This document shows positions 1 to 9,539 of a stretch of DNA of 64,000 nt, piece by piece. Below the pieces are notes generated by a model. The model was not told the origin of the DNA and did not search any database. It saw only the letters and a program-made list of their open reading frames with translations. Location: NCBI GenBank assembly GCA_963755125.1, contig CAVWIP010000017.1, forward strand, positions 320,001 through 384,000, in the 5' to 3' direction. This DNA is from an uncultured delta proteobacterium (GTDB lineage Bacteria > Myxococcota_A > Polyangia > Fen-1088). Position 1 is the first letter of the stretch. Each line of letters starts with the position of its first letter. The translations under genes and the position numbers were made by a program.

Positions 1-1
1 C

Positions 2-268
2 AACATCCGCGCTGTCGTGTTCAGCGATGTCGGCAACGCGTACAATCTGGAGCGACAGTACTGCCGGCTCAAGCCTGCCTCTGCCGATCTGTCCGTGGAT
101 CCCTGCGTGGCCGTGTTCCCGCTCAACAGCTTGCGGTCAAGCTGGGGATTCGGGTTGCGCTGGTTCTCTCCCATCGGGCCGCTGCGCTTTGAATGGGGCT
201 TCCCCTACAAGCCGCTGCCGGGTGAGGACTCCTCGGTTTTCGAGTTCACCATTGGCAACGATTTGTAG
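2..268 (+). CDS. bamA: Outer membrane protein assembly factor BamA, C-terminal part (gene starts before window)
   Basis: Omp85 C-terminal signature [23 protein letters not shown]...FEFTIGN; immediately upstream of skp. Confidence 0.93.
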   Translation, partial: NIRAVVFSDVGNAYNLERQYCRLKPASADLSVDPCVAVFPLNSLRSSWGFGLRWFSPIGPLRFEWGFPYKPLPGEDSSVFEFTIGNDL

Positions 269-326
269 AGGTGGCCCTGAACCCTGGGGCGTGATATCCC
301 TGGGCTTCCCTATGACCCAAATGGAG

Positions 327-902
327 ATGAAGCGCATGATTCGTTCTACCCTAGTCGGATTGGTGATCGCGGCCGCCCTGATTCGGCCGGCGCTGGCCGA
401 AGAAGTGAAGCTTGGCTTCGTTGACCTCCGGCGCGCTCTTTCCGAGACCGAGGATGGCCGCAAGGCCCGTGCCTCGCTCAAGAAGATTTTCGATCAGAAG
501 CAGAAGGAGCTCGACGAGCAGCAGGACGACCTGAAGAAGGCCGTCGAGGATCTGAACAAGAAGAAGACCCTGCTTCCCGCTGACACCGTTCGCCAGAAGC
601 AAGACGAATTGCAGGAACGGATGGGCAAGCTCCAGCAGACATACATGCGCCACCAGCAGGACTTGGCCGCGAAGGAAGAAGAGGCGACCCAGCCCATCGT
701 CGAACGCCTGCAGCGGATCATCGCCAAGATCGCCGCAGCTGAGAACTTCACCATGATTTTCGACAAGAACCAGGGCGTCGTGTTTGCCAAGCCTCATCTG
801 GATTTGACCAACGAGGTCATCCGTCGCTACAACTCGGGCGAGGAGAAGGGGGCTGCGCCGGCGTCGGCAGGCAGCAAGGCCGCGCCCAGCAAGAAGAAGT
901 AG
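327..902 (+). CDS. skp: OmpH/Skp periplasmic chaperone
   Basis: Signal peptide ending PALA, KLGFVDLRRAL start, coiled-coil body, DLTNEVIRRYN end; follows bamA. Start could be 312, 321, 327 or 336. Confidence 0.92.
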   Translation: MKRMIRSTLVGLVIAAALIRPALAEEVKLGFVDLRRALSETEDGRKARASLKKIFDQKQKELDEQQDDLKKAVEDLNKKKTLLPADTVRQKQDELQERMGKLQQTYMRHQQDLAAKEEEATQPIVERLQRIIAKIAAAENFTMIFDKNQGVVFAKPHLDLTNEVIRRYNSGEEKGAAPASAGSKAAPSKKK

Positions 903-910
903 CGGGGGCC

Positions 911-1375
911 ATGGAGCTCGATAGGCGCGCCATCGAAGCCATCCTGCCGCACCGAGCCCCCTTTCTCATGATCGACCACGTCGAGTCGCTCGACGGGGAT
1001 CGTATCGTCGCGCGCAAGACAGTGGCTGCGGATGAGCCGTTCTTCCAGGGCCATTTTCCCGGTCATCCCATCATGCCTGGCGTGCTCATCATCGAGGCTC
1101 TGGCGCAAGCGGGGGCGGTGTTGGCCGCGCGCCATCGCTCCTTTGATTCCGCTCGTCAGATCATGGTCTTCATGGCCATCGACAAGGCGAAGTTCCGCAA
1201 GCCGGTGCTTCCCGGCGACATCCTCAAGCTGGATGTGGTTCCTCTGCGCATGGGAACCGCCGTGTGGAAAATGCGCGGCGAAGCGAAGGTCGGCGATTCC
1301 CTGGTCGCCGAGGCGGAGTTTCTCGCCGGTATCCGGCCCCGCAGCGACGTGGCTTGCACACCAGGCGCCGAATGA
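911..1375 (+). CDS. fabZ: 3-hydroxyacyl-ACP dehydratase FabZ
   Basis: LPHRAPFLMID and FFQGHFPGHPIMPGVLIIEALAQ motifs. Confidence 0.97.
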   Translation: MELDRRAIEAILPHRAPFLMIDHVESLDGDRIVARKTVAADEPFFQGHFPGHPIMPGVLIIEALAQAGAVLAARHRSFDSARQIMVFMAIDKAKFRKPVLPGDILKLDVVPLRMGTAVWKMRGEAKVGDSLVAEAEFLAGIRPRSDVACTPGAE

Positions 1376-2883
1376 CTCCGCCGGACACGGGGCTGCCTTG
1401 TCCCTGGTATCCAGACAACGCGCGGCCCGTCCGTAATCCGCCCACGCCTGTCGGAGGTCGTAGACGTGGCCGTGGCCGGATGATCGTCATCGTCGCCCTG
1501 CTGGCTGGTCTGGCCGGCACCTCCTGTCGCCGCGCGCCGCATTTCGTGCGCGGCGACGCGGCAGCCGTCGTGGTCGTGCAGCGAACCAGGGACGCAGGGG
1601 GCCCGCCGCTGGTCGCGGAACACGAGCCGAACGACACTCCAGCCGCGGCGCAAGAGCTGGTTTGGGCTGGCACACCCCCTGCCGCGGCGATCAGGGGAAC
1701 GATCGAGCGGAGCAGTGCCGGCAGGGCCGCGGACATCGACTTGTTCAAGGTCGTCATTCCGGGACAACGCTTGGTCGTCGCCTCTGATGCGGGCCGGGCC
1801 GCCGATCTGTTCGCTGCTGCCAGGCGCGTGTCCGTGGTCGTCAACCCCGAGGCAGGACTTGCGCTCGCCGTCGATCTTCTCGACGAGACAACGCGGGTCG
1901 TGAAGACTCTGGCAGCCGGGCCAGGCGAGACAGTTGGCCTGCCGAACATGGCGGCACTGCCGGGCTGCACCTACTACCTTCGCGTGCGATCCGCACCGGC
2001 CGGCAAGGTTCGCGGTGGTGTGGATGCGGGCGCGGCAGCGGGCAGTTCCTACCAGATGACGGTGCTGCTGCTTGACTTCGACGCCGCCGACGAGCGTGAG
2101 CCCAACGACCGGCCGGAATCGGCGGGCGAGCTGTCCTGGCAGGGCCGAAGCGCGCTTGCGTCCGGGCTTTTCGGCTGGCGTCACGATGAAGATTGGTACC
2201 GGCTGCCGCTCGACGCCGCGGAACCTGGGTGGGTCCTCAACCTGGACCTCGATGGAGTGGAAGGTGTGGCCGCTGGTCTGGCTGTCAACGATTCAGCGGG
2301 CAGGAAGATCGTGGCGGTGCGGGGGCGAAAAGGCGAGAAGCTGACTCTGCGCAACCTCGTCCCGCCGACTGTGGCGGCCGATGCCAGTGCAAGCGCTGCC
2401 GGAAGCCGATGGTGGTACTTGGTCGTGCGCGCGGAGAGCGGGATTGATCGCGAGCATCGCTACGTCGTGCACGCCGAGACCGTCCCGCCCGAAGCGCGGG
2501 GCGGTTTCGAGACCGAGCCCAATGACGATGCGGCCCATGCCTCGCCGCTGGCCGACGGCACGACCTCTGGCTATCTGTCGGTGGGCGATGTCGATGTCTT
2601 TCGCTACGTTGCTGCCGAGCCGCGCGAACTGGACATCGAAGTCAGCCCGCCTTCCAGGGTGAGGGTCAAGGTCGAGGTCATCAGAGAGCGAGATGGGCAG
2701 GTTTTGGCTGAGGCGGTTGCTGCCAAGACGCGCCAGACGGTAGCCATCCACGGCCTCCTCTGTCCGGCGGAACCGATCCTCATCCGGCTCTCCCAGGGCA
2801 AGCACGACGGAAACGCGAGCGAGCCCTATCTGCTCAGGGTGGCCGGCCGGCTGTCGCAACGAGACGCAGGAAAACGGGACTAG
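1372..2883 (+). CDS. Putative lipoprotein with three ExEPND (PPC-like beta-sandwich) repeats
   Basis: ATG overlaps fabZ stop (ATGA); alternative start 1480. Hydrophobic stretch then GTSC; EHEPND, EREPND, ETEPND each followed by DxDx(F/W)-type motifs. Confidence 0.7.
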   Translation: MTPPDTGLPCPWYPDNARPVRNPPTPVGGRRRGRGRMIVIVALLAGLAGTSCRRAPHFVRGDAAAVVVVQRTRDAGGPPLVAEHEPNDTPAAAQELVWAGTPPAAAIRGTIERSSAGRAADIDLFKVVIPGQRLVVASDAGRAADLFAAARRVSVVVNPEAGLALAVDLLDETTRVVKTLAAGPGETVGLPNMAALPGCTYYLRVRSAPAGKVRGGVDAGAAAGSSYQMTVLLLDFDAADEREPNDRPESAGELSWQGRSALASGLFGWRHDEDWYRLPLDAAEPGWVLNLDLDGVEGVAAGLAVNDSAGRKIVAVRGRKGEKLTLRNLVPPTVAADASASAAGSRWWYLVVRAESGIDREHRYVVHAETVPPEARGGFETEPNDDAAHASPLADGTTSGYLSVGDVDVFRYVAAEPRELDIEVSPPSRVRVKVEVIRERDGQVLAEAVAAKTRQTVAIHGLLCPAEPILIRLSQGKHDGNASEPYLLRVAGRLSQRDAGKRD

Positions 2884-3128
2884 AGATCTTCGTACTGTCT
2901 GGTGCGTTGAACAGCCGGGGAGGGACGGACCCGCGAAGCCCAGAGGTTTCTGGGTCGGGACCACGACACCCGTGTCACGAATCGGCCCGGCTCGGCCCTC
3001 TTGCTGCAGCCAGGCCAAAACACGACTTGGGCGTGCAACCCGTCGATTCCACGGCAGTTATTCCAACAGCTCTCACGATTCTTGACTGACAGGCGGCGAT
3101 GTTGCAAGCCATAGAAGAAGGCCATCCG

Positions 3129-3324
3129 ATGCTTGAGCCCTGGATCATCGATCAGAATCCGACGCCGCGAGGAAGAAGAGCGCCGCCGCGGCGAACGGTC
3201 CCAGCTTGAGCTGCCCGTCCCGGAAACACCCGAGGACAGGCCGGGGAGTGATGCGGGCGACGAGGACCACGGGGACAATGGCGAGCCCGGGACCAAGCGG
3301 GGCGTCGTCATCATCGCCATGTAG
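3129..3324 (+). pseudogene. Small charged protein (about 64 aa) interrupted by an apparent 1-base insertion at about 3156
   Basis: AAGAAGG then ATG at 3129 reads MLEPWIIDQ; skipping one A continues IRRREEEERRRGERSQLELPVP...KRGVVIIAM to the stop at 3324. Confidence 0.55.
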
Positions 3325-3398
3325 GGACACGTAGTCCGCACCGATTGGCGGACAGTCGGGTTTTTTGCCTTCCCTGGAAAACCCTTTATCAAGGTGTC

Positions 3399-6014
3399 AT
3401 GGACCTTGAGCAAGAGGGCAAGAAGCGAGATTTCAGGGTTCGGAGTTTCGTAGGACGCGAGCAGGAACGCCGGGCGCTCGATGGCGCTCTTGCACGAGCC
3501 ATCCGCTTCGATGCGCCGCAGTTCGTGACAGTCATCGGCGAGAGTGGGCTGGGGAAAACCAGGCTTGTCCAGGAATGGGTCAAGCACGTGGAAGAAGGGG
3601 GAGAATTCCGCGTCTTTCTTGCCGACGGCAGGAAGCCAGCCGACCGACAGGCACCAGCCTTCATGATGCTAGCGGCATTGCTCCGCAAGCGATTTGGCAT
3701 CACGGCGGAGATGGACGACACGACAGCCAAGGCCGGGTTCCGCACCGAGTTGCAGTCCGTCTTTGGGGACCGTCGCGTTTCCGAGGTCGCGGGCTTGCTG
3801 GGCCAGTTCCTGGGGTTCGACATGCCGGAAAGCCCGCTCGCACAGTCGCTGGCCATGCGTCCCGAGCGGCAGCTCGACATGGCTCGCGCCGTTCTGGGAC
3901 GCTTTTTGGAAGAGGACGCGCGCAAACACCCGCTGGCCTTGGTAGTCGACGACATCCACTTGGCGGATGATGCATCACTGGATGTGCTGCAATGCCTGTC
4001 CGCCGAGTTGGGCGAGGCAGCCATCGTGGTGGTGGTGGCGGCTCGGCCTGAGTTGTTCGTGCGCCGGCCGGAGTGGATGAGACAAGAAGGCAGCCACGCG
4101 CGCGTCGACGTGAAGCCGCTCGCTCCCTTGGAGATGGACGTGTTCATCAAGTGCGCGCTCGGTGCACAGGAGCTGGCGCCGGGGTTGGCGGAGCGCGCAG
4201 CGATCGAGTCGGGCGGCAATCCCTTCCTGCTGGAGCAACTTCTCGGCGTGTATCACGAACACGGCATTCTGGTCGCGGCCACAGCGAGTTCGTGGCTGTT
4301 CGACTTGGAGCGCGCGGATCAGGAGCCCATTGCGCTCGGACCCGAAGCGGCTGCGCAGGCACGCGTGGCGACCTTGTCGTCTGCCGAGCGAGAGTTGCTC
4401 GGGCGAGCGGTGGCCATGGGCCCGGTGTTCTGGACCGGCGGCGTGGTGGCTCTGGGACGCATGGGGGCCGATCCCTGGGATCCGACCATCGTGTTTGCCC
4501 CGGATCCCTCCATCGAGGAGACCAAGCGGCTTGAGCTGTCGTTGCAGGAACGCGGCTTCATAGGCCAGGCTTCCGAGAAGATCTTGGCCTGTGGTGACGG
4601 CGCGTGGGCCTTGGTCGAGCCGGCGGTGCGCACCCTCATCGAAGCCGGGGTTGACCCTCGAACGTTGGCCCAGCGCCGGTGCTTTGCGGCCCAGTGGATC
4701 GAAGCCAGGTTGGGCGCCTCACCGTCGAGCGAACAACGCGAGTACGTGGCGGCACTGTACGCCGAGGGTGGCGATGATCGCAGGGCGGCGTTGGCCTATC
4801 TGGCCGCCGGGGATCTGGCCGGACAACGCCGGCGCTACGAGCGCGCGCGCGCCCTGTACTTGCACGGTGTCCGCCGGCTCGCAGCCGACGATGCCCTGCT
4901 CAAGATAGAGGCTTGCCACAAGCTGGGCGATGCGGCGGCTCGGCTCGGGCGCGGGCGCGAGGCGCTGGCCCACTTCGGCGAGATGCTTAGGGTGGCGTGG
5001 CGGCTGGATCTACCCGCCAAGGGCGGAGCCGCTCACTCGCGGATAGGGCGCATCCATCGCTCGCTGGGGGACTACCGGCTGGCACTGCAGCACCTGGACA
5101 TGGCGCACCTGCTCTTCGATCTTGCGGGCGATCGGCCTGGCGTGGCGGCCAGCCTGGACGACATCGGTCGGGTCAATTACCTCATCGGAAGGCCAGACGA
5201 GGCCCTTCGCTGCCACCGAGCTGCGCTGTCAATCCGCGAGGAGTTGCACGACCTGCGTGGCAAGACGCTCACCCTGTCGTGGATGGGGCTGGTGGAGGCG
5301 CAGATTGGCGAGCTGGGCCGGGCGCAACAGAGCTTCCAGGAAGCGCTTCTCATCAGCAAGAGCACGCGCGATCCTCATGGAATCGTCTTTTCGCTGCTGG
5401 ATCTGGGAAGCCTGGCGCGCGAGGCCGGTCATCCGGCGCTGGCGCACAACCTGCTGGAGCAGGCGCGTGCCGTGGCCCGCGAGATGGGGGAGTGTTTGAA
5501 CGAGTGTCACCTGGCTTTACAGATCGGCGAGTGTCATCTGGCGCTTGGCCAGGTGGCGCATGCTGAGGCCGAGCTGAAAGCGGCCCGGGACATCGCGCGC
5601 AAGTTCGGCGCGCGGCGACTCTGCGCCGAGGCTGACCGCGGGCTTGCCGAGATCTGTCTGGTGCGCGAGGATCATGTGGGCGCGCGCGAGCACGCCAGCC
5701 GGGCCGCGGCGGAGGGTGAGAAACTGGGCGCCGGGCCACTGGTGGGCGCGGCTTTGCGGGTGTTGGCCACGGCGCTCTCGCGGGGCGCGCCTGGCGAGTC
5801 GGAACGCGGCGGCCCGCGCGAGGTCTTCGATCGGTCTGTCGAAGTGCTGGGGGAATCACGCGCGGAGCTGGAGCTGGGCCGGGCCTTCTCCGCCTATGCG
5901 GAGTACGAGGAGCGGACGGGCAGGGCGGCTGCTGCGGATGACCTGCGTGAACGGGCGCGGGCCATCCACCAGCGGGCCATTCATGGAGAGACCGCCAGCG
6001 TTGCCGAAGTGTAG
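3399..6014 (+). CDS. AAA-type (STAND-like) ATPase with C-terminal TPR repeats
   Basis: FVGREQE, Walker A GESGLGKT, Walker B LVVDDIHLAD, GGNPFLLE, then TPR-like helical repeats; AAGGTG upstream of ATG 3399. Confidence 0.85.
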   Translation: MDLEQEGKKRDFRVRSFVGREQERRALDGALARAIRFDAPQFVTVIGESGLGKTRLVQEWVKHVEEGGEFRVFLADGRKPADRQAPAFMMLAALLRKRFGITAEMDDTTAKAGFRTELQSVFGDRRVSEVAGLLGQFLGFDMPESPLAQSLAMRPERQLDMARAVLGRFLEEDARKHPLALVVDDIHLADDASLDVLQCLSAELGEAAIVVVVAARPELFVRRPEWMRQEGSHARVDVKPLAPLEMDVFIKCALGAQELAPGLAERAAIESGGNPFLLEQLLGVYHEHGILVAATASSWLFDLERADQEPIALGPEAAAQARVATLSSAERELLGRAVAMGPVFWTGGVVALGRMGADPWDPTIVFAPDPSIEETKRLELSLQERGFIGQASEKILACGDGAWALVEPAVRTLIEAGVDPRTLAQRRCFAAQWIEARLGASPSSEQREYVAALYAEGGDDRRAALAYLAAGDLAGQRRRYERARALYLHGVRRLAADDALLKIEACHKLGDAAARLGRGREALAHFGEMLRVAWRLDLPAKGGAAHSRIGRIHRSLGDYRLALQHLDMAHLLFDLAGDRPGVAASLDDIGRVNYLIGRPDEALRCHRAALSIREELHDLRGKTLTLSWMGLVEAQIGELGRAQQSFQEALLISKSTRDPHGIVFSLLDLGSLAREAGHPALAHNLLEQARAVAREMGECLNECHLALQIGECHLALGQVAHAEAELKAARDIARKFGARRLCAEADRGLAEICLVREDHVGAREHASRAAAEGEKLGAGPLVGAALRVLATALSRGAPGESERGGPREVFDRSVEVLGESRAELELGRAFSAYAEYEERTGRAAAADDLRERARAIHQRAIHGETASVAEV

Positions 6015-6172
6015 GAGCTGAGCCCACCTCCGCTCCCTCGGCACGTTCCGCTACCGGACACTGTCTGGCTCGGAGACGGAGAAGAAAGATCTTGTGCTCG
6101 CTGCGGTGCCCTGACCACAATCAAAGCTGATCCATATCCGCAGATAGCCAACCTCACCGGGAGTAAGGACTT

Positions 6173-9100
6173 ATGATGCGTAGCCTAACGGCTTTGGCCT
6201 GGGCGGTTTTCTTGGTATTGATGGGGGCTTGCGTGAACGTGGACAAGCCGGCCGCCGTGGTTGAGTGCGAGAAGGCCGATGGTGGGTGTACGAACCACGG
6301 AGGTGATGGCAGCGCCGGTCCCGGTGCCGACGTCAAGCCCGCACAAGACGCCGCGGGGAACAGCAGCCCCGACGGAACTACCGTGAAAGACGGGCCTGCT
6401 TCCTCTGTCCCCGACGTCAGCCCAGTCGGCCCGTCCGATGGTGTGCCTGACCTTCCATCTGGTGTCGTGCAGGATGCCTCGTTGGATGTCGCTGTGGACG
6501 CGGCCAAGGATATCGCACAAGACGTTGCTCGCGATGGCACGACGGATTTGGCGAGCGGCCCCTGCTGGAATGCTGGTAGCCCGGTGGCGGCTGGCACCAT
6601 CTGCCGCCTGCCGGTCGGCCTGTGCGACGTGGAGGAGGTCTGCGACGGCATCAACGCCGCATGCCCGGCGGACGCGTACGCGCCTTCGACGAACGTATGT
6701 CGCCCGGCTGCAGGAGACTGTGACATCGCCGAAAGCTGCTCCGGCTCCAGCCCCGATTGCCCGGCCGACGCTTTCCTGACAGCGGGCGAGGTCTGTCGCC
6801 CGGCCACAGGCATCTGCGATCTGGCCGAGAGCTGCTCGGGAGTCGGCCCCGACTGTCCCGCTGACAGCTTGGTTCCGGCCGGAACCGTCTGCCGTGCGTC
6901 CACAGACAGCAACCAATGCGATCCGGCCGAAACCTGCACCGGCACGAGCGTCTCCTGTCCGGCCGACGTCAAGTACACGCGTCCTGCAGCGCCCACGGGC
7001 GTGACTGCTGCGCCGGGGACGTTGCAATCCACCATCTCCTGGACGGCAGTGGCTGGCGCCACCGGGTACAACGTCAAGCAGAGCGTCACCTCAGGCTCTG
7101 GCTACACCACACAGGGCACTCCGCCCACAGCGACCGCCTCTCCCTACGTCAACACCGGCCTGACTGGCGGCACGACCTACTACTACGTCGTCACCTCAGT
7201 CAACACCGTCGTGACCTGCGAGTCAGCCAACTCCACCGAAGTCAGTGTGAAACCGTCGGGTATCTGCACCCCACCGGCGGCGCCCACGGTGACTCCCACC
7301 TCGGCCAACGGCCAGGTCTCTCTGACCTGGACGGCTTCTACTGGCGCCACCTCGTACACCGTCGCGCGTAGCACCACGACGGGGACAGGGTACGTATCGG
7401 TGGCCACCATCACCACGGGCACCACTTACAGCGACGTCAATGTTTCAAACGGGACAACCTACTACTACGTGGTCACGGCCAGCAACGGTTCGTGCAGTTC
7501 CGACAACTCCGTCGAGGTTTCCGCATCGCCGAGCTGCGTCCCGCCGGCTGCACCGACCAACCTGGTCGCCACGGCCAACAATGGCTCGGTGGCGTTGACA
7601 TGGACCGCGCCGACCGGCGCCATCTCCTACCGCATCCTGCGCAGCACGACCTCGGGTTCTGGTTACACCCTGGTGGGCACGTCAGGGACCGCCAGCTACA
7701 CCGATACCAGCGTCACCAATGGCACGACCTACTACTATGTCGTGACCGCCAGCAACGGTTCGTGCAGCTCGGCCAATTCCGCAGAGAAGTCCGCCACTCC
7801 GGCCTGTACACCGCCGTCAGCGCCAACCAACCTCACGGCCACGCCGGGCAACGGCCAGATCGTGCTCGCGTGGACCGCGTCGACGGGAGGCGCGGTTTCG
7901 TATCAGGTTCTGCGCGGCACGAAGACCGGCGGTCCCTACACAGCCATCGCCACGCCGACCAGCACGGGCTATACGGATACTGGTCTGATAAACGGGACGA
8001 CCTACTACTATGTCGTGACCGCCAGCAACGGATCCTGCAGCTCTGCCAACTCCACCGAGGCTTCCGCCGCGCCGGTGTGCACGCCTCCGTCGGTGCCGAC
8101 CATCACAGCAACCCCGGGCGATGGCCAGGTGGTTCTCTCTTGGACCGCCGCAACCGGGGGCGCGGTGTCGTACGTCGTCTCGCGCGGCACGGTCAGCGGC
8201 GGCCCCTATGGCACCGTCGTCGCCAGCCCGACCGGGACCACCTTCACGGACCAGACTGTGGTGAACGGGACGACCTACTACTACGTGGTCAGTTCCAGCA
8301 ACGGCACCTGCCAGTCACTTCCCTCGACCCAGGCTTCCGCCACCCCGGTCGCAGCCTGCACACTGGTTGCGCCGACCGGCGTGACCGCCACTGCCGGCAA
8401 CCAGCAGGTGACACTGAACTGGACGGCTGTCACTGGGGCGACTTCGTACAACATCGGCCGCAGCACGACCACCGGCACTGGCTATGCCTCTGCGGGAACC
8501 GTGACCGCCCCCACCGTCACCTTCGTTGATACTGGCGCGACATTGCCATTGTCGAACGGGACCAAGTACTACTATGTGATCACCGCTAGCAACACCACGT
8601 GCACCTCGCCGACTTCGACCGAGGTTTCCGCCACCCCGGCCTGTGTCCCGCCGACGGTCCCGACTGGCGTCACGGCAACGGCGAACACGGGCAATGGCAA
8701 CATCGCTGTCTCGTGGGGCACCGTGACCGGTGCCACGGGGTACACGGTGTCGCGCGGAACCAGCGCGAGTGGACCGTTCATTGCAGTGAGCAGCAACCAG
8801 ACCGCTGCCACCTATACGGATTCGACTGGCCTGACTGCCGGCACGACCTACTTCTACGTGGTCAGCGCCAGCAGCGCGGCTGGTACCTGTGCCTCCGGCA
8901 ACTCCACGCCGGCTGTCTCGGCCATGTCCTGCACCTTGCCCCCGGTGCCCATTGGTCTGACCGCGACTGGCGGAAATGCGCAAGTGGCGTTGATCTGGAC
9001 GGCCTCGACCGGCGCCACTTCGTACAATGTCTTGCGCGGCACCGCCAGTGGAGGTCCGTACACCTCGATCGCCACGCCCACCACCGCCAGCTATACCGAT

Positions 9101-9493
9101 ACTGGCCGCACCAACGGGACGACCTACTACTACGTGGTTACCGCACGAAACGGCGCCAACAATGCGTGCGTGTCCGCACAATCATCGCAGGTTTCGGCCA
9201 CTCCACGAGCCTGCCCGGTTGCCACCTCTCAGACTTTCCAGCCCAATCCTCAGACCACGGGTGCTTTCTGCCTCATAACCTGCGATGCCATCGCTGGCTG
9301 GGGCTGTGCGAACATGGAAGGGCGTACGATAACCGTCAACGGCACCGCAGTGACATGTCCTCCCGAGGGAGGTTCCGGCGGCAGCACCCTCCCTGCGAAG
9401 GTCAATGGCGCCTACACTTTCAACGTCAGCGCCGGCACCTACGGATATGCGAGCATCGACTGGTGGGGCACAGTCACTGCCTGTCCTCAATAG
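6173..9493 (+). CDS. Surface lipoprotein: 4 disintegrin-like Cys repeats, 8 fibronectin type III domains, C-terminal Trp-rich module
   Basis: Lipobox MGAC; CRxxxxxCDxxExCxGxxxxCPAD x4; PxAPTxxTATxGNGQVxLxW...NGTTYYYVVTA x8. Confidence 0.88.
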   Translation: MMRSLTALAWAVFLVLMGACVNVDKPAAVVECEKADGGCTNHGGDGSAGPGADVKPAQDAAGNSSPDGTTVKDGPASSVPDVSPVGPSDGVPDLPSGVVQDASLDVAVDAAKDIAQDVARDGTTDLASGPCWNAGSPVAAGTICRLPVGLCDVEEVCDGINAACPADAYAPSTNVCRPAAGDCDIAESCSGSSPDCPADAFLTAGEVCRPATGICDLAESCSGVGPDCPADSLVPAGTVCRASTDSNQCDPAETCTGTSVSCPADVKYTRPAAPTGVTAAPGTLQSTISWTAVAGATGYNVKQSVTSGSGYTTQGTPPTATASPYVNTGLTGGTTYYYVVTSVNTVVTCESANSTEVSVKPSGICTPPAAPTVTPTSANGQVSLTWTASTGATSYTVARSTTTGTGYVSVATITTGTTYSDVNVSNGTTYYYVVTASNGSCSSDNSVEVSASPSCVPPAAPTNLVATANNGSVALTWTAPTGAISYRILRSTTSGSGYTLVGTSGTASYTDTSVTNGTTYYYVVTASNGSCSSANSAEKSATPACTPPSAPTNLTATPGNGQIVLAWTASTGGAVSYQVLRGTKTGGPYTAIATPTSTGYTDTGLINGTTYYYVVTASNGSCSSANSTEASAAPVCTPPSVPTITATPGDGQVVLSWTAATGGAVSYVVSRGTVSGGPYGTVVASPTGTTFTDQTVVNGTTYYYVVSSSNGTCQSLPSTQASATPVAACTLVAPTGVTATAGNQQVTLNWTAVTGATSYNIGRSTTTGTGYASAGTVTAPTVTFVDTGATLPLSNGTKYYYVITASNTTCTSPTSTEVSATPACVPPTVPTGVTATANTGNGNIAVSWGTVTGATGYTVSRGTSASGPFIAVSSNQTAATYTDSTGLTAGTTYFYVVSASSAAGTCASGNSTPAVSAMSCTLPPVPIGLTATGGNAQVALIWTASTGATSYNVLRGTASGGPYTSIATPTTASYTDTGRTNGTTYYYVVTARNGANNACVSAQSSQVSATPRACPVATSQTFQPNPQTTGAFCLITCDAIAGWGCANMEGRTITVNGTAVTCPPEGGSGGSTLPAKVNGAYTFNVSAGTYGYASIDWWGTVTACPQ

Positions 9494-9539
9494 ATTGCCC
9501 GGGAACGATGGACTCCCGTGGCTGCGCGCCGAAGCGCCG

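Noticed and set aside
2900..3030. Possible structured RNA (CCCAGA-ggtt-TCTGGG hairpin, GCGAAGC)
   Set aside because: No 6S, SRP or riboswitch signature recognised, and it does not align with the repeat family
3090..3106. Sigma54-like GG-N10-GC site before the small ORF
   Set aside because: The -24 element (AGGCGGC) departs from TGGCACG; too weak to call
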